This document shows positions 1 through 9,359 of a DNA stretch of 32,000 nucleotides, in pieces; within the stretch, counting starts at the first letter, position 1; every line of letters starts with the position of its first letter. The translations under genes and the position numbers were made by a program. The stretch is from Pyrolobus fumarii 1A. Lineage in GTDB: Archaea > Thermoproteota > Thermoprotei_A > Sulfolobales > Pyrodictiaceae. A model generated the notes under the pieces. The model searched no databases and was not told where the DNA came from. It was given only the letters and a program-made list of their open reading frames with translations. Location: positions 180,001-212,000 of the forward strand of contig NC_015931.1 of assembly GCF_000223395.1 (NCBI RefSeq). The letters are read 5' to 3'.

Positions 1-623
1 TGACGCTCAGCAACGTGTTTGGGTAGCCGCACACAGTGCGATAATCCTTTGAAAGCAAGCACCTCACCACGCTCCTCTAACTCTATGCTATGTAGGCGCC
101 TGGGTGGATTATCGACCCTGAATATCACGATACCGCCACCCTTCGGATAGTGACCACGACGCTTCACTATGATATCGAAATGATATCCGAACTTCTCTAA
201 AAGAGGGCGAAGTACAAACCTAACATAATCCACGGGAGGGCTCCAAGGTACGTCTGTTCCGCCTCTAATTTCGACTTCTAGCGGTTCGGGTACAAATGCT
301 GCTACCGGTAGCAACGCTTGCAAAACGAGCGTTACGCTCCCTGCAGTGCCAATATCAAAACGATACTTGCCGCCACGTAACTCTCTAGGCTCAAACACGA
401 TGCTAGTCGAACCTAGTTTAAGCCCTTCAACTCTAGCGTTAGTGAGAGCCGCTACAGCACGGATGGCCGTCATGTGTTGCCTTTGGAGTCCAGGGTTCTT
501 TCTCTTAGCACGTATGTTATACACGCGAAGTTTGATACCCAGTACAGCCGCCAGTGCTACACTAGTTCGGAGGATTTGGCCTCCACCTTCACCCATGCTA
601 CCATCTATTACTACCTCGCGCAA
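1..623 (-). CDS. rtcA: RNA 3'-terminal phosphate cyclase, partial (C-terminus runs off the left edge)
   Basis: Absent from the supplied ORF track because it is edge-truncated and starts on a non-ATG codon. My manual minus-strand translation is open from 623 to position 1. It reads (TTG)REVVIDGSMGEGGGQILRTSVALAAVLGIKLRVYNIRAKRKNPGLQRQHMTAIRAV...FDIGTAGSVTLVLQALLPVA...IRGGTDVPWSPPVDY. These are RtcA hallmarks (GGGQILR, R-x-x-PGL-x-x-QH, GGTD). The start is TTG 623 or ATG 596. The NMNAT stop lies 3 nt upstream. Confidence 0.85.
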   Translation of the reverse strand, partial: MREVVIDGSMGEGGGQILRTSVALAAVLGIKLRVYNIRAKRKNPGLQRQHMTAIRAVAALTNARVEGLKLGSTSIVFEPRELRGGKYRFDIGTAGSVTLVLQALLPVAAFVPEPLEVEIRGGTDVPWSPPVDYVRFVLRPLLEKFGYHFDIIVKRRGHYPKGGGIVIFRVDNPPRRLHSIELEERGEVLAFKGLSHCVRLPKHVAER

Positions 624-626
624 GCT

Positions 627-1163
627 TCACACCTCCGTTACCCTACGCAACCTTTCCACGCCACCAATGGACTCGATATACTCTGCCACAGAAGGAGGAA
701 CTAACGAACGCCACTCCGCATCACCTTTAAGCATCAGCCTTCTCACAACAGTTGCAGAGTAGCGCTCGCGATCAAACATGGGAGGCGTTATCACACAGTA
801 GCCATACTCGAAGAACAGCCTGGCAACTAACGGGTTACCTGACACTACACAATCAAATCTCGGAACAAACATTTCAACCCACCTAGGCCACACGAAGTTG
901 GTCTCTATATCGGTAACAGGGATCATGAAAACGCGGCTAAGATCAATACCAACGTCCTTCAAGCCTAATCTGAGCATCTCTATGCGCTCGCCCGCCGTGA
1001 ACGGATTCGAGAAACTATGGCTCTTCTGAGCCGAGCCAATAACTATAATGACTTCGTCAAAGCGCTCTAGGACCCACTTTATAAGCCTAAAGTGACCCCA
1101 ATGTGGAGGCTGAAACCTCCCGGGGAGCAATGCGCGTTTTACACCCTTGGTCTTTTCATGCAA
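627..1163 (-). CDS. Nicotinamide-nucleotide adenylyltransferase (archaeal NMNAT)
   Basis: 178-aa ORF. The N-terminal GRFQPPHWGH motif is the (H/T)xGH nucleotidyltransferase signature of archaeal NMNAT. Size and the remaining sequence (VIGSAQ, ISGNP-like SGNPLV) fit. Confidence 0.85.
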   Translation of the reverse strand: MHEKTKGVKRALLPGRFQPPHWGHFRLIKWVLERFDEVIIVIGSAQKSHSFSNPFTAGERIEMLRLGLKDVGIDLSRVFMIPVTDIETNFVWPRWVEMFVPRFDCVVSGNPLVARLFFEYGYCVITPPMFDRERYSATVVRRLMLKGDAEWRSLVPPSVAEYIESIGGVERLRRVTEV

Positions 1164-1942
1164 ATCTCGTCACCTCCCGTGATGCTCAGCTTCTCGGCTG
1201 CAGAGCCCATATACACGGCAAGCTCGACAAAGTCGAAACTATTGTAGTATACCGTAAGTTCACCCGGCTTTGCCTCGCTAAACGTTTTGACACACTTGGC
1301 ACGTATGCAGTCATTCCTTATGCATATAATCGTGTGGCCATCGACACATACATTTTCGAGAATTGTGTCTTCTCTAGTGGCGGATAGAGCGACGTTACCG
1401 AACTTGTCAATGTGTATGACATCCAGACAGTAGCCGTCATCAACCTCCCTGACGCGTCTGATATCGAGTTGTACAAGTCTATCGATGCTAAGTGGTGAGC
1501 CGAGAGACTCGATATCAACGCCTAATGCTAGCATCGTAGCTGCAGGTGCAAAGATATCGCGCCCGTGGAAGGTGTATGAGGTTGGCTTCAGCCAGAACCT
1601 ATCGTTATCAAGTATAACCGCTTTTACAAATCCATCGCGCTCTATGACCGGCCATAGCACTCCATTATTTGGCCCTACGAAGAAATAGTTACGTGTCTGC
1701 ACAGCTATTGGTTCGCGGTTACTACCAACACCGGGGTCAACCACGACAAGGAACACAGTGCCACGTTTAAACAGCCTCAGACTAGAGTACAGTATGTAAG
1801 CACCAGCATGGATGCTAAAACTCGGTATGTCATGGGCAAGATCTACCACTTTAACCTTGCCACCGCTAAGAAGCTCTATAACCGCATGTACTTGCCCTAC
1901 ATAAGGGCTTCCTGGGCCAAAGTCTGAAAGGAATGCGATCAT
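1139..1942 (-). CDS. S-adenosyl-L-methionine hydroxide adenosyltransferase (DUF62, fluorinase/chlorinase-like SAM hydrolase family)
   Basis: Motifs IAFLSDFGPGSPYVGQVHAVI, VVDPGVG, GPNNG and FHGRDIFAPAA are typical of DUF62. The track ORF begins at a TTG (1951). The first ATG is at 1942 (MIAFLSDFG) and a TATA-like AGTATATC lies about 23 nt upstream. Confidence 0.8.
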   Translation of the reverse strand: MIAFLSDFGPGSPYVGQVHAVIELLSGGKVKVVDLAHDIPSFSIHAGAYILYSSLRLFKRGTVFLVVVDPGVGSNREPIAVQTRNYFFVGPNNGVLWPVIERDGFVKAVILDNDRFWLKPTSYTFHGRDIFAPAATMLALGVDIESLGSPLSIDRLVQLDIRRVREVDDGYCLDVIHIDKFGNVALSATREDTILENVCVDGHTIICIRNDCIRAKCVKTFSEAKPGELTVYYNSFDFVELAVYMGSAAEKLSITGGDEICMKRPRV

Positions 1943-2984
1943 GCCCGTCAAACTACCGCCCGATATACTGCGTTGCTTAGACCATAGGGCTGAAACGCTC
2001 TTCGCCTATAGTGTGGAGGAGAGGCACAGGAAAATTGCTGATAGATACGATGTCCTACCCTACATGGTTGCTAGGTACGAGGAGATATTCGATACTGTAG
2101 AGGAGGCTATAGAGTTTCTTGCCATGAAGCCCAAGGACATACTAAGAGCTATACGCGTCAACACACTCAGAACTAGCAAAGACGTGGTACGCGAAGTACT
2201 GGAGAACAAGGGGTTCGTTCTAGAGGACTACTGGATACCCTATACGTTGATAGTAATTGAGGAGCCTTTATCGGTGGGTGCGACACATGAATACATGCAA
2301 GGACTCTATTATAACCAAGGCGCTGGGTCTCAGGTACCAGTCTACATAACGGATCCTAAACCTCTACAACATGTGATCGATCTCGCGGCTGCTCCTGGAG
2401 GCAAAGCGACACAGATAGCTCAGCACCAACGCGATACGACGCCTATAATAGCATTGGATATCTCGCCAAGAAGATTAGCATCCCTAAAAAACAACGCTAA
2501 TCGGCTTGGAGTGAAGAGTATCGTAGCGCTCCTCATGGATGCGCGTGAAGCGCCTAGAAAATTAAAGCAAAAATTCGACTATATCCTGCTAGATGCGCCG
2601 TGCACGGGAGAGGGTCTACTCCCTCTAGATCCACGTAGACGCAAAACAAGGACACCCATAGATCTTGCAGACAGGGCTTGTCTGCAGAAACAAATGCTAG
2701 AAGCTGCACTAAAGCTAGCTAAAGAGGGTGCACTAATAGTCTACACAACGTGCAGCATAGCGCCGGAGGAGAACGAGTACGTGATATCAATAATACTAGA
2801 TAAATATGGGGACAAAGTCGATCTTGTGGATCCTCCGATAAAGCCCCCTATATACAATCGCGGTATTGAAGAGTATAATGGCGTCAGTTTTAACAGCAAA
2901 GTTAGACGTTGTATTAGGCTTCATCCTACGCGCACGAGGACAGAGGGCTTTGTGATATGTGTGCTAAGAACGAGAAAAACATGA
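1941..2984 (+). CDS. NOL1/NOP2/Sun-family RNA (cytosine-C5) methyltransferase
   Basis: SAM-binding motif DLAAAPGGKATQIA, catalytic motif IV LLDAPCTGEG, motif VI YTTCSIAPEENE, and an N-terminal RVNTLR segment. The start is uncertain (ATG 1941, GTG 2013 or ATG 2061). Confidence 0.85.
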   Translation: MPVKLPPDILRCLDHRAETLFAYSVEERHRKIADRYDVLPYMVARYEEIFDTVEEAIEFLAMKPKDILRAIRVNTLRTSKDVVREVLENKGFVLEDYWIPYTLIVIEEPLSVGATHEYMQGLYYNQGAGSQVPVYITDPKPLQHVIDLAAAPGGKATQIAQHQRDTTPIIALDISPRRLASLKNNANRLGVKSIVALLMDAREAPRKLKQKFDYILLDAPCTGEGLLPLDPRRRKTRTPIDLADRACLQKQMLEAALKLAKEGALIVYTTCSIAPEENEYVISIILDKYGDKVDLVDPPIKPPIYNRGIEEYNGVSFNSKVRRCIRLHPTRTRTEGFVICVLRTRKT

Positions 2985-3517
2985 AATGTAAGTACCATGT
3001 GGATGATAAGACCACTACTCGGCTACTAGAGAACGTGCTAGCGTGCTACCTGGACCAACCTTACCACAGATTATTACGCGAGTACGTGGTTGTAAACGTA
3101 GTTTTAGAAGATGGGCGCATTGAGATATTATTGACCCCGCGATACTCTGCAAACCTGCTTTCTCTGCTACCCTGTGAACACGTGTATACAATGGGGTTAC
3201 ATGTAGCTAGCATACACCGACGTGACCTGCGTCTACATTTATCGTTAGGCCAGCTCATCGAGCACGTGATAACCCGCTCTTACATAATAGTTAGAGAGAA
3301 GCCTCTACGCAAGCTATTGTACGGTCGGCAAGTCTTTGTAAGTGAGGACGAGTACATCGAATACGTACCACCTCCACGAGAGGAGTGTAAACGAGTAGCA
3401 GTGTTAGACGAGAACAGAAGATTTGCGGCATGGGGGGTTATACGTCAGGCTAGTGGAGGCAAGCTTCTTATCAAACCCTTGGTTGACGTGGGCTGGTACC
3501 TGAGGAGCGGGGTGTAG
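2981..3517 (+). CDS. nip7: Nip7-like ribosome-biogenesis protein with a C-terminal PUA domain
   Basis: Architecture and blocks resemble archaeal Nip7 as I recall it: SLG/TMG...VASI, YIIV-REKP, KRVAVLDENRRFAAWGV, and a C-terminal VDVGWYLR (compare DVGEFLRR). ATG 2981 overlaps the upstream TGA as ATGA. The track ORF starts at 2957. Confidence 0.65.
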   Translation: MKCKYHVDDKTTTRLLENVLACYLDQPYHRLLREYVVVNVVLEDGRIEILLTPRYSANLLSLLPCEHVYTMGLHVASIHRRDLRLHLSLGQLIEHVITRSYIIVREKPLRKLLYGRQVFVSEDEYIEYVPPPREECKRVAVLDENRRFAAWGVIRQASGGKLLIKPLVDVGWYLRSGV

Positions 3518-3523
3518 CACGTA

Positions 3524-4237
3524 ATGGCATTCAAGGATGGCGACTTTGTGCTTGTAGAGTACAGTTTGAGGTTAAAGGACACAAACCAGCTGATTGATAC
3601 AACCAGTGAAGAAGAGGCCAAGAAGGAGGGTATATACGACGAGGATAGAGTATATGGCCCAGAGCTAGTGATAATAGGAGAAGGCAGGCTCATACCTGGT
3701 CTAGAAGAAGCGATAAAGGAGATGAATGTCAACGAGAAGAAGGAGGTTGAAATACCACCCGAAAAAGCGTACGGCGTACGCGATCCGAATAAAGTGAAGA
3801 CGTACAGTGTTAAACAGTTCCTAAGGCACGGTGTAAGACCAGAAATAGGTAAACTAGTTGAAATAAATGGACAAGTTGGGCGCATAATTGCTGTCGAAGG
3901 CGGACGTGTGAAAGTAGACTTCAACCACCCTCTCGCTGGTAGGACTCTACTCGCAGTCATACGTGTGGTAGCTAAACTAGAGAAGGACGAGGATAAGATA
4001 AAACATCTCGTTGCGAGGAGGCTGCGTGCAAAGCCCGACTACATAGACGTAAACGTAGACCGCGAGAATGGCGTAGTCACAATAAAGATGAAACCGCAGG
4101 CAGCTCTGCGTGCAACACCAAGCACCAAGGTGGTGCTTCTAGACGAGATACGCCGTTACTTCGATTGGGCTAGGCGCGTCAACATAGTAGAGGAGTACGA
4201 GATCCGCGCGGAAAAGAAGGAACAGGAGCAGCAGTAA
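3524..4237 (+). CDS. Long-type FKBP peptidyl-prolyl cis-trans isomerase (SlyD-like, with IF insert and C-terminal domain)
   Basis: GDFVLVEYSLRL, GEGRLIPGLEEAIKEM, EKAYG and VDFNHPLAGRTL are canonical FKBP/SlyD blocks. The 237-aa length matches archaeal long FKBPs. Confidence 0.85.
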   Translation: MAFKDGDFVLVEYSLRLKDTNQLIDTTSEEEAKKEGIYDEDRVYGPELVIIGEGRLIPGLEEAIKEMNVNEKKEVEIPPEKAYGVRDPNKVKTYSVKQFLRHGVRPEIGKLVEINGQVGRIIAVEGGRVKVDFNHPLAGRTLLAVIRVVAKLEKDEDKIKHLVARRLRAKPDYIDVNVDRENGVVTIKMKPQAALRATPSTKVVLLDEIRRYFDWARRVNIVEEYEIRAEKKEQEQQ

Positions 4238-4270
4238 TGAACCTCAATAGAAACTAAAAAGTGGTTTAAA

Positions 4271-5338
4271 CTAGTCGATGACTCCTGTTATACGTGCTAT
4301 TCTCTCGGCAGCTTCCCATGTTAATCCGCTTTCGCCAAGGATTGTGTAGCGTTCGGGTCTAACCCTGTGCGCAATAGTTAATGCCTTTATTATGTACTCG
4401 TCTTTTATGCCCAGTTCGCGTGCTGTTGTGGGTAACCCTATCTTGCGTAGAATCCTCCTTATACGCTTCCACGGTCCGCCATGCAAGTACATCATCATTA
4501 TCGTGCCTATTGCCACCTGCTCGCCGTGCAATGCAGGCTTGGGAGCTATCATGTCAAGAGCGTGGCTGAAGAGGTGCTCGGAGCCACTGGCGGGTCTAGT
4601 AGAACCCGCTATACACATTGCAACGCCGCTACTTATCAAACCCTCAACTACTATGTGTGCAGCCTCTATTCCGCCCCTACGGATTGTTATCGCGTAGCGT
4701 ATCACGTGTCTCGCCGATAGTAGCGCTAGACTTGCTGCATACTCGCCGTAGTACTCGCCTTTCAATTTATGTGCAAGCTTCCAGTCGCGAACAGCCGTAA
4801 GCTTAGCGATAAGGTCTCCGCTACCAGCGCGGAGAAGCCTTGATGGAGCCTCAGCTATTATCCTCGTATCGGCAATTATTGCTATCGGAGGCTTGACTTT
4901 CATGGACACTGGGCCGTTAACACCCTTTATAGACGCAAAAGGAGACGCTATACCATCGTGAGACGCCGCTGTAGGGACGCTAACCATTTCAACGCCTAGC
5001 TTGAAAGCAACGTATTTTGCAATGTCTATCGATTTCCCTCCCCCAAAACCTATCACGACACTAGGCTTGTAGGCTCTTGCCTCTTCTAATGCATGTTCCG
5101 CATCGTCCGCAGTAGAGGACTTCACGATGACGAAATTGTACTCTATCTTGCTCCTCTCAAGAGACTCTTCAAGCAGATTGTGGTATTTCTGGTAAACATG
5201 TGGACCAGTTATAATGATGGCATTTGAGCCTAGATCGAGTTGCCTTATAGTATTGCCAACTTCGTTTACAACGTCAGTGCCAATCAGTATACGTTTAGGT
5301 AGCTCTATCTCGTGTCTTCGTTGCACGAGTGTACTCAT
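4271..5338 (-). CDS. egsA: sn-glycerol-1-phosphate dehydrogenase
   Basis: [43 protein letters not shown] and [10 protein letters not shown] match the G1PDH/iron-ADH-fold family. I prefer the internal ATG 5338 ([20 protein letters not shown]). The 34-aa track extension to 5440 overlaps psmB. Confidence 0.85.
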   Translation of the reverse strand: MSTLVQRRHEIELPKRILIGTDVVNEVGNTIRQLDLGSNAIIITGPHVYQKYHNLLEESLERSKIEYNFVIVKSSTADDAEHALEEARAYKPSVVIGFGGGKSIDIAKYVAFKLGVEMVSVPTAASHDGIASPFASIKGVNGPVSMKVKPPIAIIADTRIIAEAPSRLLRAGSGDLIAKLTAVRDWKLAHKLKGEYYGEYAASLALLSARHVIRYAITIRRGGIEAAHIVVEGLISSGVAMCIAGSTRPASGSEHLFSHALDMIAPKPALHGEQVAIGTIMMMYLHGGPWKRIRRILRKIGLPTTARELGIKDEYIIKALTIAHRVRPERYTILGESGLTWEAAERIARITGVID

Positions 5339-5411
5339 CCCACGCTCTCCTTTAATCCGTGCATAGTTTAAGAGCCAAGCCCGGGTGGTTAAACTGTTAG
5401 CACCCTCTCGT

Positions 5412-6014
5412 ATGCAACGCGGACTGTTAGAAACCGGCACGACTACAGTAGGCTTGAAGCTACGTGAATATGTTGTGCTAGCGGCGGACAGACGTGCAAC
5501 GGCAGGTTACTACATTGCACACAAGAAGACACGCAAGATAGTCAAGATAACCGACTATATGGCGATGACGACGTCTGGTCTCGTTGCTGATGCGCAAGTG
5601 CTAGCAGAGATTCTAAGAGAAGAGCTGAGATATTACGAGTTGACGACTAAGCGAAAACCCAGTGTCGCGGCTGCCGCTAACATGTTGGCTGCGATAATAT
5701 TCTCTGCTAGAATGTATCCCTATATTGTGCAGCTCTTGCTCGGAGGCTACGATACTGCACCCAGGCTGTTCAACATTGACTGGTTGGGCACGGTGACGGA
5801 GGAGAAGTATACGGCCACAGGCTCTGGCTCGCCGATTGCGATTGGCGTGATAGAATCCGGCTACCGTGAAGATATGAAGGTAGACGAGGCTGTCGAGCTA
5901 GCCGTAAAAGCTGTCAGAGCTGCTATGGAGAGAGATGTGGCCACGGGTAACGGAATAGACGTGGTAATCATAGGAAAGGGAACTTTTATAACCCGTGAGT
6001 ACCCACCACGCTAG
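5412..6014 (+). CDS. psmB: Proteasome beta subunit
   Basis: Propeptide followed by G|TTTVGL (Thr1 nucleophile), then DRRAT...K, TSG, GSGS. The start is either ATG 5412 or GTG 5385 (track). Confidence 0.85.
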   Translation: MQRGLLETGTTTVGLKLREYVVLAADRRATAGYYIAHKKTRKIVKITDYMAMTTSGLVADAQVLAEILREELRYYELTTKRKPSVAAAANMLAAIIFSARMYPYIVQLLLGGYDTAPRLFNIDWLGTVTEEKYTATGSGSPIAIGVIESGYREDMKVDEAVELAVKAVRAAMERDVATGNGIDVVIIGKGTFITREYPPR

Positions 6015-6059
6015 CAACGGCTACGGATTCTCAAGTGTTTCTTCCGAGCGTGAAAACCC

Positions 6060-8009
6060 ATGTACCGTGTAGGCGAGCTACCCCTGGCGCTACAACAAGC
6101 GATTAGCAAGCATGTCCCGCCGGAGGCTATGATAACAAGGATCGAGTTCGAGGGGCCAGAAATAGCGATATACGTGCGCAACCCAGCTGTTATAGCGTTT
6201 AGGCCCGAGATAGCGAGAAATCTTGCAAAGGAGCTAAAGAAGCGTATAGTATTCCGCGCTGAGAAGGATGCAAGAAAACCGCAGCAAGAAGCCATAGAGA
6301 TAATCAAGAGTATTGTACCGCCAGAAGCCGAGATAAAGACAATAATGTTTGACGAGGTTCTCGGGGAGGTCATAATAAAGGCTAGGAAGGTTGGGCTGGT
6401 GTACGGTAAGGGAAAGACCATCTACAATAAGATATTCGCTGAGACGGGATGGAGGCCAGTTATACTAAGGGCTCCGGACAAAGAGTCTGTAACGCTTAAT
6501 GGCATAATTGACTACATGTTACGGCAAAGTAGCTATCGTTCACAGATACTGAAGACTATGGGTGAACGCATACACCGCGGTGTGCTTTTCGAAAACCGTT
6601 ATGTTAGAATCGTGGCTCTCGGAGGCTTCATGGAAGTCGGTCGCTCGGCGATACTCGTCGAGACCAGTGAGAGCAGAGTACTCCTAGACCTTGGAGTAAA
6701 CCCTGGTGGCACAGGCTACGATATGTACCCTAGGCTAGACATTGACGAGATAAGACCAGAGGAACTCGATGCGGTGATAATCACTCATGCACACTTAGAC
6801 CACATGGGCCTAGTACCCTTCCTCTTTAAGTATGGATTCAAGGGCCCAGTCTACGTAACCAAGCCGACACGCGACCTAATGGTACTCTCGCTATTCGACT
6901 TCCTCGATGTCGTAACCAAGGAGGGTAGAAAACCGCCATTCAGCCAACATGATATACGCAAGATGATATTGCATACTATAGCGCTCGACTACGAGGAAGT
7001 TACGGATGTCACGCCAGACATCAAACTAACATTCTACAATGCAGGCCACATACTAGGCTCGGCAATAGCACATCTCCACATAGGCGAGGGGCTACACAAC
7101 ATAGTCTACACGGGTGACATGAAGTATGCAAACACACGCCTCTTGACAAAGGCTCACACGAAATTCCCCCGTGTCGAGACACTAATCATAGAGTCGACAT
7201 ATGGTAACAAGAGGCAACAGAAGAGGAGTCAAGCCGAAGCCGAGTTAATCCAATGGATTGTTAGGACCATAGAAGCAAAGAAGGGTAAGGTACTCATACC
7301 AGTGTTGGCTGTCGGGCGTGCCCAAGAGATAATTCTCGTAATAGTAGACGCCATCCAGAAGGGATATCTCAGGAAAGTGCCGATATACATCGATGGTATG
7401 ATAGACGAGGTCACAGCTATACACCTAACGTACCCCGAGTATCTCGCCCCGAGTTTAAGAAAGAAGATACTCTACGGCGAGAACCCATTCACGGCAGAGT
7501 TCCTGATAAAAGTTGAAGGTGCGCAGATGAGAGAGGAGATAATCAACAGCTCAGAGCCAGCAGTAATCATAGCAACTTCTGGTATGCTTAACGGAGGCCC
7601 CTCTGTGGAGTACTTCAAGAACCTAGCTCACGACGAGAAGAACACGTTGATATTCGTAAGCTACCAAGTGAAAGGTACGCTAGGCAGACGCGTGCTAGAA
7701 GCCGGCAAGGGCGGCAAAATAACACTAATAACACCTGAAGGCAAGCTCGAGACAATAAACATAAACATGGATGTTGTAGCGATCGAAGGCTTCTCCGGAC
7801 ACTCAGACATAGACCAGCTGATAGCATTCCTCCGTGACATAGAACCGAAACCCAAGACAGTGATCCTCAACCACGGTGAACCAGAAGCCATACGCAAGTT
7901 CCGTAGAAGAATTGAAGCCGAGTGCCGGCCGGGCGGAAAACTAGAAGGGGCGCCATTCTGTGGCAATATCTACACTCCGCAGATACTCGATAGTATAAAG
8001 CTCGTCTAG
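6060..8009 (+). CDS. fttA: aCPSF1 / FttA: beta-CASP metallo-beta-lactamase RNase with N-terminal KH domains
   Basis: 649 aa. N-terminal KH-like repeats (EFEGPEIAIYVRNP), the MBL motif HAHLDH, and beta-CASP/C-terminal motifs (ESTYG, GFSGHSD, LNHGE). Confidence 0.9.
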   Translation: MYRVGELPLALQQAISKHVPPEAMITRIEFEGPEIAIYVRNPAVIAFRPEIARNLAKELKKRIVFRAEKDARKPQQEAIEIIKSIVPPEAEIKTIMFDEVLGEVIIKARKVGLVYGKGKTIYNKIFAETGWRPVILRAPDKESVTLNGIIDYMLRQSSYRSQILKTMGERIHRGVLFENRYVRIVALGGFMEVGRSAILVETSESRVLLDLGVNPGGTGYDMYPRLDIDEIRPEELDAVIITHAHLDHMGLVPFLFKYGFKGPVYVTKPTRDLMVLSLFDFLDVVTKEGRKPPFSQHDIRKMILHTIALDYEEVTDVTPDIKLTFYNAGHILGSAIAHLHIGEGLHNIVYTGDMKYANTRLLTKAHTKFPRVETLIIESTYGNKRQQKRSQAEAELIQWIVRTIEAKKGKVLIPVLAVGRAQEIILVIVDAIQKGYLRKVPIYIDGMIDEVTAIHLTYPEYLAPSLRKKILYGENPFTAEFLIKVEGAQMREEIINSSEPAVIIATSGMLNGGPSVEYFKNLAHDEKNTLIFVSYQVKGTLGRRVLEAGKGGKITLITPEGKLETININMDVVAIEGFSGHSDIDQLIAFLRDIEPKPKTVILNHGEPEAIRKFRRRIEAECRPGGKLEGAPFCGNIYTPQILDSIKLV

Positions 8010-8509
8010 ACGCTCCTTGCGTACTTCCATAACCTGTCGCCCATATAATGGAGTCGTTTACTCACCACGCCCCTCTCCATATTGGCGACCTCAGAACTAT
8101 CCACAAGCGCCTCGTGCACAGCTATAGGTATACGTTTTACAGGTTCAAGTATAACGACGATATCTCCCCGGTTGAACTCGCCCTCGACGCTGACAATACC
8201 TGGTCTCATCAAGTTCGCGCCACGTGTTAATGGTCTTACAGCGCCCTCATCAACAATTATCCTGGGCAGCCAGTCTACCCCCACGTCAAGAAGGTAACTA
8301 ATCAATGGTATGAGCTTGTTCTCGATGCGTGCAAACGCAGGCTTACCATCTATTATGTAAAGCTCTTCAATACCCTCTTTCTTATCCGAGATAACCTCTA
8401 CATCTGGTTCGCTACTCAGGGGTACCTCGGGCCAACGACTCTTTATCTCCTCGAGGAGTTTACGACGATCGCGTTTGGATAGCTTCCATCGTCTCAAGTA
8501 ATTCCCCAC
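8006..8509 (-). CDS. PUA-domain RNA-binding protein (COG2016, MCT-1/Tma20-like)
   Basis: 167 aa. N-terminal RRWKLSKRDRRKLLEEI and a C-terminal PUA block RGANLMRPGIV...GDIVVI. Confidence 0.65.
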   Translation of the reverse strand: MGNYLRRWKLSKRDRRKLLEEIKSRWPEVPLSSEPDVEVISDKKEGIEELYIIDGKPAFARIENKLIPLISYLLDVGVDWLPRIIVDEGAVRPLTRGANLMRPGIVSVEGEFNRGDIVVILEPVKRIPIAVHEALVDSSEVANMERGVVSKRLHYMGDRLWKYARSV

Positions 8510-8561
8510 CCCAGTAAACCACTTAATTCAAGCACGTTAGGTGGGTTGCGGGAGTAGAACC

Positions 8562-8789
8562 ATGGTTGAGACGACGCACAAGCTACTCGAGGAGAACCTA
8601 GGTAGCATTGTACTCGTGAAGCTACGTGGCGATATAGTTGTTAGAGGCAAGCTCAAGAGCTTCGATCAGCACCTGAATCTCGTCCTCGAGGAGGCCGAGG
8701 AGATAAAGAGCGATGGTAGCACGAGGAAACTAGGCACACTCGTTATAAGAGGGGATAACGTGGTACTCATATCGCCAACAATGGCGTGA
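8562..8789 (+). CDS. Sm-like archaeal protein (LSm/SmAP)
   Basis: Sm1/Sm2 motifs: [31 protein letters not shown] ... [14 protein letters not shown] 8562 is preferred over the track GTG 8541. The conserved pairing with the downstream eL37 gene supports the call. Confidence 0.85.
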   Translation: MVETTHKLLEENLGSIVLVKLRGDIVVRGKLKSFDQHLNLVLEEAEEIKSDGSTRKLGTLVIRGDNVVLISPTMA

Positions 8790-8808
8790 CTCGTGGAGGT
8801 GAGATGGT

Positions 8809-8997
8809 ATGTCCAAGGGTACACCCTCGTTTGGTAAAATGGGTAAAGGCAAGACACACATACGTTGCAGGCGCTGTGGCCGCCACGCTTTCAATGTGGC
8901 TAAAGGATACTGTGCTGCGTGCGGCTTCGGTCGTAGTAGTAGGCTACGCCGCTACTCGTGGATGAACAAGAAGGTTAACCGCGTGCGCATCAAGTGA
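8809..8997 (+). CDS. rpl37e: Ribosomal protein eL37 (L37e)
   Basis: [41 protein letters not shown] carries the C4 zinc ribbon of eL37. The SD-like GGAGGTGA is 6 nt upstream. Confidence 0.95.
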   Translation: MSKGTPSFGKMGKGKTHIRCRRCGRHAFNVAKGYCAACGFGRSSRLRRYSWMNKKVNRVRIK

Positions 8998-9020
8998 CGT
9001 TTCTTGCTTCAGCGGGTAGG

Positions 9021-9028
9021 CTATAAGG
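9021..9028 (+). promoter_or_regulatory. TATA-box-like element upstream of rpoH (RNAP operon promoter candidate)
   Basis: CTATAAGG lies 48-57 nt upstream of the candidate rpoH starts. It shares the YTATAAR form seen before uS12, uS7 and EF-1alpha in this window. Confidence 0.4.
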
Positions 9029-9075
9029 GCTTGTTTAGTGCTCCGTGTTACCGGGTTCTAGGTTCAAAACTTAGG

Positions 9076-9348
9076 GTGAATGCCTTGGCTAGACAGAAAA
9101 AACAACGTTTCAACGTTCTTGAGCACGAGTACGTACCGCCACACAGAGTGCTGAGCCCAGAGGAGGCGGCTAGAGTGTTGCGCGAACTAGGTGTAGAGCC
9201 CTGGCAGTTACCGTGGATAAGCTACAACGATCCTGTGGTGAAGGCCATTGGAGCGAAGCCAGGCGATATAATTGAGATCAGGAGGAAGAGCCCTACCGCA
9301 GGTGAGATCATAGTATACCGTCTCGTCGTGGCTTATAGCAGGAAGTAG
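9076..9348 (+). CDS. rpoH: RNA polymerase subunit Rpo5 (RpoH)
   Basis: [20 protein letters not shown]...LP-I...DPV...[23 protein letters not shown] is the RpoH/RPB5 C-domain. The start is uncertain (GTG 9076 or TTG 9085). The track start at 9004 would be a long non-conserved extension. Confidence 0.85.
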   Translation: MNALARQKKQRFNVLEHEYVPPHRVLSPEEAARVLRELGVEPWQLPWISYNDPVVKAIGAKPGDIIEIRRKSPTAGEIIVYRLVVAYSRK

Positions 9349-9359
9349 GGGGTGAGCAC

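Noticed and set aside
346-762. Track ORFs 346-762 (+) and 474-704 (+), 138 and 76 aa
   Set aside because: They lie antisense to the clearly recognisable rtcA and NMNAT genes, are S/T/P/L-rich, and carry no motif. They are shadow ORFs.
3445-3960. 171-aa minus-strand ORF antisense to the FKBP gene
   Set aside because: It has a Ser/Thr/Pro/Phe low-complexity composition, the typical mirror of a Lys/Glu-rich sense gene, while the sense strand has unmistakable FKBP motifs.
5339-5440. 34-codon N-terminal extension of egsA (track start 5440)
   Set aside because: The extension ([13 protein letters not shown]...) is not part of G1PDH homologues as I know them and would overlap the divergent psmB start. 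The internal ATG 5338 leaves a normal divergent promoter spacer.
6011-6421. 136-aa minus-strand ORF overlapping the 5' end of aCPSF1
   Set aside because: It is antisense to a confidently identified gene, has no recognisable motif, and has a biased S/I/A composition.
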